From Peribolospora baueri (Eukaryota), in the NCBI GenBank assembly GCA_029717555.1, contig JAMDHS010000070.1, positions 62,001-113,196 of the forward strand: a stretch of 51,196 bases of DNA, read 5' to 3'. Positions 24,779 through 37,600 of this stretch are shown in pieces. How positions within the stretch are numbered: position 1 is the stretch's first letter; every line of letters starts with the position of its first letter. The notes below the pieces were generated by a model. It worked only from the letters and a program-made list of their open reading frames with translations. It ran no database searches and was not told where the DNA came from. Made by a program: the position numbers and the translations under genes.

Positions 24779-26069
24779 GGCGGTCGTTGTCGTCGTACCG
24801 GTGGTAGTGGTTGTTCCCGTTGGGGTCGTCGCCGCCGGCGCCGCCGGCGTGGTGGTGCTGAGGATGGTGGAGGCGAGAAGATGAGCATGCAAGCTGAATT
24901 TCTGTCTTTCATTCTCCGCCGTTGATTGTCATCTGCATCCATCCATCCATCCATCCGTCTATCCTTTCCCTTCCCACTTGCACTCACCCACTCTTTGCTG
25001 ATCAGGCAAGGGAGCGACAGAAGAGGGGTAATGTAACGTGTGTGGCGAGGGGCGTCGACGAGCGCGTCGGGCCGGCGGTTAGGCGGGGCGACAAGGGAGG
25101 AAGGGCGGGACGATAAGGCGGGGTGGAGCGGGGTGGAGTGAGTGGAGTGAGTGGAGTGGACGGATGGAAGGGAGGATGATGGGATCGTCGGTGGTGGTGG
25201 TGACGGCGACGGTGGTGGTGGTGGAGACGATGGCGACGGCGACGGCGATGGCGACGGGATGAGAGAGGGAAAGAGAGACGGCGTTGGTTGGTCGGCGTCG
25301 TCGTCAGGTCGCCGAGTCGAGTCGAGTTCATCGCCGGACCGACTTTGGCTTGGCTTGACTTGGCCTGGCCTGCCCTGGCCTGCCCTGGCCTATAACCTCC
25401 CCACCGTCCGCTCCATCCGCCCAGCAATCTGACTAGATAACAGACTGACTGACTGACTACCATTCATTCGCCTTCCCTCGCCGCCCCTCCCGGCTTTGCG
25501 CTTCCTTCTTTCCCTCGTGTGATACCGCACCCTCGCCCTGCACCGCTGATCCCCGTCCGCCTCTAGCCCTTACCCCGCACTGCCGCCCCGCCGGACTCGC
25601 TTTCTTCCTCCGGCCGTCAACGAGCCAATCGCCGTCGGCCATTGCTTGCTTGGCCTATCCGCGGGTTAACTGCGCCGCGCCGGCCGGAGGGAAAGCGGGG
25701 CGCGCGACAGCGACAGCGAGCGAGCGAGCCAAAGCAAGCAAGCAAGGCACGCCCAAGCCACCAGCAGCGAGCGAAACTCCCTGCTGGTTATCAAATACTA
25801 CAGCTAAGAAATTTAACATTATAATTATAATAAGAATAATGTACTGAGCTATTGTTCGATTTTCGGGCGACGCACGGTCACAAGCCAGCAAGCCAGCCAA
25901 GCACGTGCTCGTCCTCGTCAAGGCCATGTGCTTCGTTCGTCGTCGTTGTCGTTATCACCGTCATTTGTAACTACGTCCGCAACAAGAACGAAAGAAAAAA
26001 ACGGAAAATACATATCATCGACGACCGCTCCTCCTCCGTCGCCCGTCTCCTAACCACATACACGCTTCT

Positions 26070-26939
26070 TCACCCCGTCGAAACCTCAAACAGCCCTTCC
26101 CCCTCGCCCTCCAGCTCCCATCGACTCCTTCTCCTCAGCTTTTCCGACCAGAACCTGCGGGTCGAGAGAGGGTCAGCCACAACACAAGACAAGACATTCA
26201 TACCACGCCAACCGGCCGACTCACCGCATCACCTTCTCCCACTCCTCCCTCCCCTTCACCATCTCCTCCCCCGCTCCCACCGTCCCACGAGCCTCGCTAA
26301 CATCCTTGAACCCCTTTTTCCACCACTCTACCCATCTCGCGTTCCCCCGGTAAAAGACTAGCGCCGGCGTCTCTACCGGCGGAGAAAATGTGGGCAGCGA
26401 GAGCAGAGGACCGCATATGGATACCACCGACCCGAGCTGCCGTCTGTCCTTGTTCGCATCCTTGGTGGCCGTCCGTCGCTCCCTCGTCCACCGAATCGCA
26501 AGCTCCCCCGCGAGTGTCCCGCCCTGCCCAAAGCCAAATAAGTGGATCGACGTCGAAGGCCAACCGCATTCGTCGATCAACCGGTCCAAAAGGCCTCCGA
26601 GTGTTCGGAGGGCCGACGACGGGTCTGGGTGTGAAATCACTGGCATCGATCCATCGACGGGGGCACGATCAGCTAGAAAAAAAAACAGAACGAACAAACA
26701 AACAAAAACTCACTCTCGCCTAATACATCAAAGCTATCCCACCACTGCCATCCTTCCTCCTCTAGGTACGGGATCCGACGAAGCCCGCGTACAGAGAGTA
26801 TGGCTGTTTGGGGGAGGTTTAGTGACTGGCCCATGTGTGTGAAGGGCGTCTGTGTATCGCCTGCGAGGCGCGAGGAAAGAAGAGAATAAGCGGCAAAGGA
26901 ATGGAGAGAAAGCAAAGAGACAGCAAAGAAAAGGAAAAG

Positions 26940-26987
<48 letters not shown>

Positions 26988-26996
26988 AAAAAAAAG

Positions 26997-27033
<37 letters not shown>

Positions 27034-27222
27034 CGCAACATCCAACCACCCTCTCCGTCTCACTCACTCACCCAATCCATGAAACAAAACCAGCAGATTA
27101 CTGTCCACCCCATCCGGACTCGCCCGGTAGTCGAACACGACATCCCCTCGCGTCGTCGGTGCCCGCTTGCGAGTCGATTCTTTCTTTGCTGGCTTGGCTG
27201 TCCAACTTTCTTGCACTTGCAT
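26070..27222 (-). CDS. Phospholipase/carboxylesterase-family alpha/beta-hydrolase-fold protein, 4 exons
   Basis: NLLVLFHGLG|DTQTPF...LNLPQTAILSVRG...WQWWDSFD; IHLFGFGQGGTLAGELA; LGSVVSICGPLLS; last exon FWSEKLRRRSRWELEGEGEGLFEVSTG-stop. Confidence 0.85.
26940..27028. repeat. 89-nt poly(A) tract (poly-T on the gene strand) in intron 1 of the hydrolase gene
   Basis: Directly visible, interrupted only by G at 26986 and 26996. Confidence 0.97.
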
Positions 27223-27394
27223 TTTCCTTGCTTCCTTGTCTTGCTGATGACGTTCGACGGAGCGAGCGACAAGACGCGCTGACGCCGTTCGATCATCGCT
27301 CGAAAAGCTGCGGCCTCGGCTCACGACGACGACGGTCAACACTCCTTCCTTCCGTCCAACCCGTTCACTTCCACCACCGACCGACACCATCAAC

Positions 27395-28292
27395 ATGGCC
27401 GACGCAGCCCCCGCGCCCGCGCCCGTGCCCCCGCCCGCGCCGAGAGAGGTAAGTAAGCCGGCCGTTCTCGCCATCGTCCGTCCCCTCACCCTCACCCTAA
27501 CCCTCACCGTCGGCACAGATCCTCTATTGCGCAATCTGCACCGCTCCCCCCGAGTACTGCGAATTCAGCAGCACCCAATCAAAATGCAAAACCTGGTTGG
27601 AGGACAACCACCCGGAGTTGTTTTTCAAGTATTGGTCTGATGGTGAGTTTTTCGTTTTTCCTTTCTTTGTCCTTCTCCTCGCCTGACTCTTTCTTTTCTT
27701 CCCCCCTCAAGAGGCCATCTCGTCCAAGATGGCAGCCCTCTCTACAGAGGCCAAGGAAAAGCTCGAGGCGGAGGCGGCGAAGAAAGAGGCCAAGGCGGAG
27801 GCCAAGGCGGAGAGGGAGATGCAGAAGAGAAAGGTGACATCTCCTTCGTCTTTTTGCGTCCCTCCTCCGCTCCGTTTTTGACTTTTTTTTTTTTTTTTCC
27901 CCCACGCAGGCCTCCAAGATCATCATCAAACGCATCGAACGAACAAAGCGCAAGCACGTCACCGCCATCTTTGGCCTCGACAACTTTAACGTCGACCTTA
28001 AAAAATGCGCAAAGACGCTCGCTTCTCGTTTTGCCACCGGTGCTTCGGTGGCTAAAAACGCTCAAGGGTTGGACGAGATTGTGGTGCAGGGAGATGTGGC
28101 GGAGGAGGTGTTGGAGATGATTGAGAAGCAGGAAAAGGCGTTTGCGGGCGTGCCTAAGGAGAACGCTGAGGTGGGTCGACGTTGTCGTTGTCGTTGTCGT
28201 CGTCGTCGACCGACCAACTCACTGCATCCTTCGCTCCCCTCCTTTCGCACCGCCAGATCATCGAAGACAAGAAGAAAAAGGCCCCCGCCTAG
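27395..28292 (+). CDS. TMA22: Translation machinery-associated protein 22 / DENR (SUI1 domain), 5 exons
   Basis: ILYCAICTAPPEYCEFSSTQSKCKTWL zinc motif; KIIIKRIERTKRKHVTAIFGL; LASRFATGASVAKNAQGLDEIVVQGDV. Confidence 0.95.
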
Positions 28293-28777
28293 CCTCGTCC
28301 CTTCCCTTCCCTTTCCGTACCGTCCCGTCCAGCCGTGTACTTTACGACGATCCGTACGGACGTACATACGGCGACCGAGCACGGCTGACAATCTTCCACA
28401 TACCATACCCCACCTACGCCTTGCCTCCCTCCCTCCCTCCGACCGGTCCAGTCTAGTCCGGTCGAGCGTCGAGATCGAGATCGATTCGGAATCCGCACAC
28501 CGTACCGTACCGCCTCCTCCACTCGCAACTCCAGCGCCCGCTCGTTCTTTCGTTCATTTCGCGGGCAAATGTCCGGCGTGCATTAATCACTCACTCCTTC
28601 GGCCATCGACCGAAGGGCGATGTGGACAAAATGAATCGACATGGTTCGGAGGAAAACAGACAGACAGACAGATGGGCAGAACCCGCGGGCGACTCAGATC
28701 TGGTATGCTCATTCCAGCCCGGCGAAGACCGGACTTGTCCAGACGAGATGGGACCCAAACAAGCGTCCGCCCGTCGC

Positions 28778-29541
28778 TCAAGCCGAGTTGATCTCGGTGA
28801 TCCACGCCGCCGACTCCTCGCTCTCGACCCTGCCGAGGACCTGAGTGCGACGGCGCGTTAGTGTTAGGAGAGCAACCCTTAAAAAAAAAGCCAAGCAGGA
28901 CCCCGACCCCCCGGCACTCACCGAAAGCAGCAGCTCGACGTACTTCTCCTTGGCCTCCTCCTGGGACATGCCCTCGTTGGCCTTGTACGCGTCCCTGCGC
29001 CGCGGACGTGTGACGAAGCGGCGATGAGACACAAAGCCCAAGCGGCCATCCTCAGCCTGCGTTCAAGCTCACCACTTGGCCTTGCCGGTAAAGTCCATCA
29101 TGCCGGGGCGAGCGCTCTTGACGTCGCCCTCGGTGGCCTGCTTGTAGAGGCCGTAGAACTGGCGACCCGCAGGAAAAAAAGCCGCGTTCGTTGCCACGCC
29201 GCACCCAGGTCAGCTTGGCGTCGCTCTTACGACGGCACGACCGCACACTCACCTTGAGCTTGTCGTCCTGGGACGTTTGGACGGGGCCGTCCTGAGCACG
29301 AGACAGAGAAAAAACGAGTTGTGTCAGCCCGCATCCCAGTGCACAGACAGCGCACGTCCAGATTCGTTCCCACTCGCAAACCGCCATCGCCTCGGATCAC
29401 AAGGAACCAGCTCGTCTACCCAAAATCGAGCTTGAAAACGAACGCCCTCGCCCAATCGAATGACATCCGTGAGCAGCAGCTCACCTTGGGAAGACCCTGG
29501 ACGATCTTGACGGCCTTGTCAAACTTGGCAGCGGTGGACAT
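28778..29541 (-). CDS. ACB1: Acyl-CoA-binding protein, 5 exons
   Basis: [83 protein letters not shown]. Confidence 0.95.
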
Positions 29542-29862
29542 GGTTTCTTTAGCAGAGGCGAGGAGGCAAGCAAGAGGAGCAACAACGAGTGGGGAGCAGA
29601 CGGATTCTGGCGGGAGACGGAGGTGGTGGTGGGACGGTGGACTGCCACGACTTCAGCCGCGACCGGCTCAAGTACTCCGTCCCGTCTTCACTCTCATGGG
29701 AGTAACGCCCGGCGGAGATAGGCGGAGGAAGACGGGTGATCGATCGCGGGGCAACGCTCCGGCCCACTGGGCCGTCATCCGCCTTATCCCTCCCTTCCCC
29801 GTCGTGTCGCAAGTCCATCTCAGATAGCAAGGTCTGACTCTCCCAAGGCCAGCATCGCCATC

Positions 29863-30405
29863 ATGCCTCCCGTAGGCCACCCGCTTCGCGCGCGGGCCAT
29901 CGGGCTGTACAAGGAAGTGAGTCAGCTAGCGGGCGAGTGTTGAGGGCCGTCTCAGACCGCACGGACGGACGAAGGTCAGCTGGCAGTCCGACCGACCCTC
30001 TCCTCCTTTCGTCCCCGCCCCTTAGCTGCATCGAATAGGTCGCGACTACCCTGACCCGTCCTATGACTTTTTGGGAAAGCTGAGGAACGCCTTCAGGGCC
30101 AACGCCGGCTTGACAGACGAGGCGGAGGTGCGAAAAAAGTTGGAGCTGGCAGAGTTCGTCAGGGATGGTGAGTTTGTCGTCATAGGAGATGGTGACTGCC
30201 GTGGGCGCGGTTTGGTCTCGCGATCGGAGATAGCATCGGGAGCCTCGCCATCGAGGAATGGCCTATGAAGCCGTCATCTTGCACACGGGCCGAACCTCGC
30301 CCTCGGGCTCATCGCTTTTTCTTGCAACGAAACGCAGAGCTCTACGCGCTGTACGCCCTAAAGAAGTACAGGACATTGAGGAAGAGATACGTGCCAGGGG
30401 CTTGA
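29863..30405 (+). CDS. LYR-motif protein, LYRM5/ETFRF1-like, 3 exons
   Basis: MPPVGHPLRARAIGLYKE|LHRIGRDYPDPSYDFLGKLRNAFRANAGLTDEAEVRKKLELAEFVRD|ELYALYALKKYRTLRKRY. The GRDYP and LKKYR..RY signatures match LYRM5. Confidence 0.85.
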
Positions 30406-30755
30406 ACGACCCTGCGCCCCTTACCACCTTGGCCGACGTTTTCAGGCACGGCGCTAGCCAGTGGATGAGCAAATAGATATACGCGCCCTTTTTCTTGGGT
30501 GGCCCACGTCGCTGCCTCGAGCGACATGTCGTCGTTACCGTCTAATAAACACGTCCGTCCATCGCCAATGCGCCCTTCCATGAACGGATCATGGACGAGA
30601 AACGAAAAAGTGCCCCGCCCTAGCCCCCGTCCATAGTGACTACTCCCGCTTTCGGGCGGCATTGTCATTTCGCATGTGTCTCTTGCAAGGAACACTCACG
30701 GTGCAAGCGAATGAATGAACAACGACAAGCGAGCGAGGCGAAAACAAAACCGCTA

Positions 30756-33700
30756 CTACGCCGTCTCGCTCGTCGCCTTGCCATTCGGCCCCTCACCGTC
30801 CTCGTCCGCCCCTCTCTCGCGCCTCCCTTCCATCCGCTTCCTGGCCTCCGCCTCCAGCTCCTCGGGCGTCTTAAATGCGTTCGCCAGAGGCCACCTCTTC
30901 TGCAACGATACCCGCATCTCGTTTGCCCGTGCGCTTCGAAGGTGCAGCTTGAGGAAGCCGAACGCCTGCACGCCGTCCTCGAGCGAGGGCGACTTGTCCT
31001 CCGCGACGGACTGGAACGCCAAGTCCTCGGCCTCCGCCTTGCCTTGCTCCCCGCGCGCCTCTAGCACGCCCCTCGCGGCGGCGAGGACGTGGGAGGGGGA
31101 CGACGAGTGGCGCTGGAGGTAGTCGGAGCAGAAAGCGTCCAGGGAAACCTCCGAGGGGAGGATGGAGGGGAGGACCTTGTCGATCGTCGCTCGTACCGCC
31201 TCCTGCACATCCGTCTCGGAGTCCAGCTGGACCTTGAAGCGCACGATTAGCGGGTGTAATCCCGGGTGAGAAGCATCGATATCTCGTGCTCGTCTCAGGT
31301 ACCCAAGCGCTTCGACGTATGCCTCTGAAGGAATACGAAAAGAAAAGAAAAGCAAATGAGTCGATTTTCAGCGAATGTCTCAGCAACAACCCGAGCGTGC
31401 GACATCGTCTCTTGACTACGGCTCACTTCGTCGCAACGCCACATCAACGCTTGCCAGCCACGTCTCGATCCGCTTGGGCGCGTACAGCTGTAGCTTCTTC
31501 GCCAGTTTGGCCGCGTCTTCCAGCGGCTGCTTGGTTTGAAGCAGTTTCAGGCCTTCCGGATCATCGTCCTTAGGAGTCACCGGTTCCCCTTCCGGAACCG
31601 CCGCCGCCTTGTTCGCGTCGGGCTTGGGTGCAGGCTTCTTACCCTCGTCTTCCTTTGCCTTTACCTCGGCCTTCTTGGCCTTTTTAGCTGCCTTCTTTCG
31701 GTCTTCCTCCGTCATGTTCTCCATCTCGCTCGGATCCAGGCCTGACGCGACGAGAGGCTCATCGTAGAGCTTGGTGTAGATGCCGATGGCCGTCAAGGCC
31801 GCGTGTACGTATTGAGGGTGGGACCGGAGTTTGTCTTCCCAGCGAACCGTCCTATGGAAGCCCCGCAGAGACAAGGTCAGGTGTACAGCCACCTCCGGGC
31901 GCGACCTGAGGCCACACCAGCTTGGTCCCACTCACTCGACGTATTGCCGAAAAGTGCACCTCCTCAGGCAGTAGGAGTGGAAGTCCAGTTGCTCCTCCCA
32001 AATGTCCTCGAATGTCTTGTCGATCTGGGCGAGCCGCTTGAGCGCCATAGCGTACTTGCCGCACCGGAGGTAGCAATCGGCCTCCTCCGATAGGTACCAG
32101 AGACATTGCAACTCGACAAGGTCGGCCAATGGTGGAATATCCGACTGGAACGGCGAGCAGAAAAACAAAATTAATCTTTTCAGTCACATCACCCAGCAGA
32201 AAAAAGCTCCGCTCGAACACGTTTTCCACTTTCGTCAACTCACTTTCGTGAACAACCCCATCGTCTTTACCGCCTCCTCTCCCCGATCACTCCTCAGCAA
32301 GTATTTGGCCGTCTTCGAGTTCAAGAACCGATCCTGCCCATCAAGCAACCTAGCGTCCTCCATGACATCCGCGGCGCCCTGCACGTCTCCTGCCCTCTTC
32401 AATATGCGCGCTTTCGTCATGTGCAGATCGGGAAGAGTCGGTGTATGGTCGATGGCAGTGGTGATATAATGCAATGCGAGGCTGGCGTTGTGCAGGTGAG
32501 AGTGATGCTGTGCGAGAAAGTACAAGGTCCAGAGATACGTAGAAGGCGGCTCCAGCGTCGAGGGCTCGCCTGAGTTCGAGGAAAAGAGGTGATCAGCTAA
32601 ACGGCGTCTAAATCGACAGATCTAGTCTCCACCTCAAGCTCACCAGACTGCTGATCCTGTGCCCATCGTGCTCGATAGCCCTCTGAGAGCTCGTCGATGA
32701 CCTTCCTCTTCGACTGGTTTTCGTAGAGCGGCTTGAGGTCTGAGAATAAGGAAGGAATGCCCTTTTTGAGAGCGGCTTGCATGTACGCGTCTAACCGGGT
32801 ACGGAACTGGTCGGCGGTAGCATAGTCGAGGGCGAGCCGCTTGGCGGATAGGGATTTGGGATATTTAGACTGGAGGTCGTCGAAGAGAGCGAGAACATCG
32901 GATTCGGAAGCGTCGCCTGGAGCATGCCAGAAGATGGATTCATCAACGCCAGACATCATGGGACACGCCTCATTAAGACGAAGACTGGCTCGACTCACCC
33001 GAGTCGAGGCCTTTGACAGAGAGTAGCCCCTCAAAGTATTCTTTGTTCTCCGGGTTGCTGTCTAGCAAGGACCGCCAAGCCTCCTCCGCCTCGTCACTGC
33101 GGCCAAGTGCCTTGAGAGCTCGTGCTGTGGAGCCGTTTAATTAAAGATCGGAGTTACCCTTCGCTGTTGTGAGAAAGTGAGGCACAATGTCCAACCGTCC
33201 ATCCTACGCACCTCTTGTCGTCTGTGACGCCTTGGAGTCCATGATATCCTTGTCGTGCTTTTCGAGGAACGAGAGGGTCCTCTCGTGTTCACCCATTTCT
33301 TCCAAAATGTTGATGTGATAGAGAAGGAACTCGGAGCGCTCGAAGGAGACTTTGGGGATGTCCCGCTGCGTCGACAGAGATTGCAGCATCAGAAATCATC
33401 CCCTTCCTGAAGGCTCTTCCCGGCACGTCCTGACGACAGCAGCACACTCACTCTATCAGCGCCTTCAAAATTCGTCAGGACCTTGTCCGCCTCGGATAGC
33501 TGACCGGCGACATGATGTGCGAGGGCCATTCCTCCCCAGTGAGCGCTCGCGTGAGGTTGGACGCGAAGCATGGCCTTTCGCGTCTCAAGGTAGCCGTTGT
33601 AGTCGCGGAGGTAGATTTGCAAAAAGGCCACCTCTCGCAGAATGTTCAGGTTGTCCTGGAGCGAGGTCGGGGCACGGCGGCAATGCAGACACAGAATGAA

Positions 33701-34298
33701 GAAAGTGTCAGACAGAGACACACGTCCATCTGGCAGCGCAAGGTACCACCCACCTTCTCTATCCGCAAGGTCTGAGAGTAACATTTGAGCGCCTCCTCGT
33801 AGTTCTTGTCCAAGCGGTACATTATGCCGAGGGCGTGCCAGCAGATGAAGCTCGTCAGGTCGAAACGGACGCCCTTGCGCGCGAGTTCGAGGCCTTCCTC
33901 CGACTTTCCCGAGTGGGCCAACATAAGGCCCTTCATGGCAAGCGTTTCTACAGGCGGGAAGAGGGAGCGCGAGGATACGAGGAGGAGACGGTCAGCGATC
34001 GGCGACGAAAAATGTGAAAAGAGGACCGGCCGCACCAGATGGTGCCAAGCGGGACTTTACCTACCTCCATGTTCAGGAAACTTTTTCAAGATAGAATCGG
34101 CTGTCTTTATGCCCCTCTTGAACTGTTTTTGCTCGTATTGTTGCTTTGGGTGGAACGATGAGAGAAGGATGGGCAAGAGACGCTAAATGACCAGGACCGC
34201 ATGCTCTGCGGCCGGGAGGCCTCAGTGGAACTCACAATGAGCGTCTGGAAGAGGGTGCGCTCCTTCGTGGGCAGGGCCTTCTTCACCGGAGGGGCCAT
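30756..34298 (-). CDS. NAT1: NatA N-terminal acetyltransferase auxiliary subunit (NAA15), TPR-rich, multi-exon
   Basis: LPTKERTLF; FPEHGETLAMKGL; DLTSFICWHALG; AIDHTPTLPDLHMTKARILKRAG; LDGQDRFLNSK; QLDFHSYCLRR; WEDKLRSHPQY; KDDDPEGLKLL. Confidence 0.96.
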
Positions 34299-34658
34299 GG
34301 CGAGCGAGGCGAGGAGGAGGGCGAGGAGTATGAAGCTGAAGACGGAGGAGGAATCCACCGAAGGCGGTCTGCGATAGGGATTGGATGCGATGGGACACGA
34401 AGATCGTCCGGCCGAACATCGATCGAAGGCAGCGAGCGGTCGAAGGGAGGCGTCGAGCGTGGGAATCTTGCCGCGTGGATCATCAACGCGTGTCGCGCGC
34501 GTCGATTGTAATAAGGGCGCGTGGACACGACGACGAACACTCAATCCCGCCGCGGGGATCTCTTCCATCTCTCCCCCATCTACCCCTTCTCCTAGCGACC
34601 CACGCAACAACGGACAGCACACGCTCTCTACGCCAACCACCCCCTAGCACAGGCTGCG

Positions 34659-37600
34659 ATGAGCCATGAACAGCGCTCGCTGCGCCCAAGGAAGCAGGCG
34701 ATCAGCTTCAAGGGCAAGATCATCCAGAAGGGCTCGACGAACGATGCCCTGCTGAAGCGCCTCAGGGTGAGACTAGGGATGGACGAACTGGTCGTATGAA
34801 TGGCTTGTTCTATAGAGGGAACAAACCGTGAACAGTGCCGGATTGTAAAGGCTCTTGGCCTTGACGCTCGCATCTCACTACTGTTGGTGCTCCCTTTGCC
34901 TGCCTTCCTTCCCACAACCTCAGTCGGTACAGACGAGCCTCGCAGAAATGGACCAAGAAGACGCGAATTTGGATTCGCTCGCCGGAGTTAGCAAAGAGCT
35001 GATTGAACCCACGCTCATGCTTCACAAGGACAAGGGCGTCAAGGCTGCCCTAGCTTGCTGCCTCGCGGACATTCTCCGTCTTTATGCTCCGGACGCACCT
35101 TACACGGTGCCCGAGCTCAAGGTGAGGAGCACAGCTTCACTAGATCATTCGCATGGAACGACTGACCTTTTTTTTTTTTTTTTTTTTTTGCTCGGCCCAG
35201 GACATTTTCGACTTCTTCTTCCGACAGCTCCGCGGACTGCTGCTGGAAGGCATGTCCTCTCCCTTTTATAATGACTACTTCTATCTCCTTGAATCTCTGT
35301 CCAACGTCAAGTCCGTCGTGCTCGTATGTGACCTCCCAAATGGCGATGAGCTCATGGCGGAGGTGTTTCGGAATTTTTTCGATGGTATCGGGTAAGCGCA
35401 CAAACGGTTCCTGCACGAGAGCCACCGGAGTCAACAACGCCGCGACCTGTCGCATCGATTCCGGCAAGCTCAATCTTTGTTCATCTTCCGCTCCTCCCTT
35501 GGCTACGAATACCAGGGACAACCTCTCGAAGAACGTTGAAATCTGCATGTCCGACATTCTGGTGCAGCTACTCGACGAGTGCACCTCTGTCCCGAACGAG
35601 GTTCTGGACATTCTGCTAGCACAGTTCTTGCCGAAAAACAAGGTGAGCAACATCGCGATCCCTTTTCAAATACTTGCATGTTTCCATGTCGTGGATGAGG
35701 AAACTGATTTCGTTTGCCCTTCTCTCCAGAAATCGAACGCAGCGGCGTACAGGATGGCAACGGACGTCTGTAACGCGACAGCGGACAGGCTCCAGAAGCA
35801 TGTCTGCCAGTACTTCACCGAAGCAATTGTCACCGCCTCCAAGTCTCCCGAGGACCCTTCCACCATCGAGGAGCTGCACACAACGCACTCGCTCATCAAG
35901 CAGCTCAATCGATCCGTACCTTCGCTTCTTCTCAACGTGATCCCCCAGCTGGAGGAAGAGCTTCGTGTGGACGATAACACCCTTCGCGGCGTCGCGACAG
36001 GCGTTCTAGGAGAGATGTTTGCGGAGAAGGATGGCGCTGCAGCGGGAGGGGAGTTGGCAAGGCGGTACGCCTCCACATGGAAGGCTTGGTTGGGGCGGAG
36101 GCTCGATCGCGCCTCAGCGGTTAGGGTCGTCTTCGTGGAGGCGCTCAAGAATTTGATGGTGAATAAGCCCGAGTTGAGGACTGATGTGCAAGGTGAGTTA
36201 CTCTTCCTCGCGACATCGTTCTTTTTGCAAACCTCCTTCAACCTTCTTGCTCCCCTTCTTTAACGCGTTATCGCAGCGGTAACGAAGGAAAAACTCCTTG
36301 ATCAAGACGAAAAGGTCCGCCTGGCTATGTGCCAAGTGTTCTCGTCTATCGACTACGAGATCGCCTTGCACCACGTCGACAAGGACGTTTTGATGGCTTT
36401 GGGCGAGCGGTGTAAAGACAAGAAGGTCAGAGGGTTTTGTACCTGCCCAGTTAGAGTCGACTCGTGACTGACAGAGCTCGTCACGACCTGACATTCAATG
36501 AGCACAGAAATCGGTCCAGCGCGAAGCTTTAAGAGCCGTTTCCAGGTTATTCGATCTCGCTTGCCCGGAAATGTGAGTCCACAACCCCTAGTCTTGCGAT
36601 CGTAGGTAGATGCGGCTGATTCCTTCCCTTTCTGTTTTCTCAGCGAACGACAAGACCCGGCCGCCATCGACCAATTCGCTTGGATGCCCGGCATGATCGT
36701 CAGCTCTTTCTATGTGGGCGATGTGGACTTGAGGTAAGTTCTGGCGGTCCTCGTAGGCTCGTGATATGTAGTACGCTCATCGTCGATGAGCTTGCCGACG
36801 GCCTTCTTCGAACATCCGCAGTTTCCAAGCCGAGTCGATTCTGCTGTCGCATATCCTCCCGCTTCCGTCCAATGGCGATGAGGAGGCGGCTTGGGTGGAC
36901 CGGCTGTTGCTCGTGTTGAAATACTTGCTGCCGGGTAACGTCAAGGCGCTCCTGTTCGCCACGCAGCTCCAAGTGAGCCGGCCGGGCGCTTTCGATCGAT
37001 TCCTCGATTTCTGCGAAAAGTACAATGTGAGCATCTTCACATGGCTTCTTCCATTCTCTAATATTGTAGTGCTGGCCTCCTTGGCACGGGTTATAACCGC
37101 GCTCTCTCTGATCGCCCCTCGGGACCCTATCAGGGCGGCGTCATGGACGACAATGAGAAGGAGACGAGAGAAGGCCTACACAGGGTCATTCAGCAAGTCG
37201 CAAGTGAGCACCCTTTCAGGGATTAGGTCTATTTGTGTCGCCTGACGTTTATCTGCTCCCTTTCCCAGGAACATTCCCTGACCCCAAGAAAGCGGCGAGC
37301 GACATGCTAACGTTTTCGAAGATGAACGAGAAGCGCATCTACCGCTTGTTCCGAACCTGCTTCGATCCTCAAACCGATCTGAAGGGCCTCTTGAAGGCCA
37401 GAGCTGAGGTGCTCAAGAAGATCGAGCAGAACAGTCCGTCCATCAAAGAGACGTTCGACCACATCCTCCGTCGCGGTTCGTTCTTTTTCATCAACAAGTC
37501 CTCGATTCCGGCTCTGGTCAAGCGGCTTCAGAAGTCGGACGGGTCCAACGAGACGAGCAACCCTGAAGTCAACGCGAAGAATGCCAGCGTCCTTCTCGAG

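Noticed and set aside
25819..25832. 14-bp AT palindrome ATTATAATTATAAT
   Set aside because: Low-complexity AT patch between genes; most simply a 3'-end or promoter AT-rich element.
26673..27082. Poly-Phe and poly-Lys ORFs
   Set aside because: Artefacts of translating the intronic poly(A/T) tract.
27481..27508. CCCTCA/CCCTAA telomere-like repeats
   Set aside because: Only about 4 degenerate units inside a TMA22 intron; an ordinary microsatellite.
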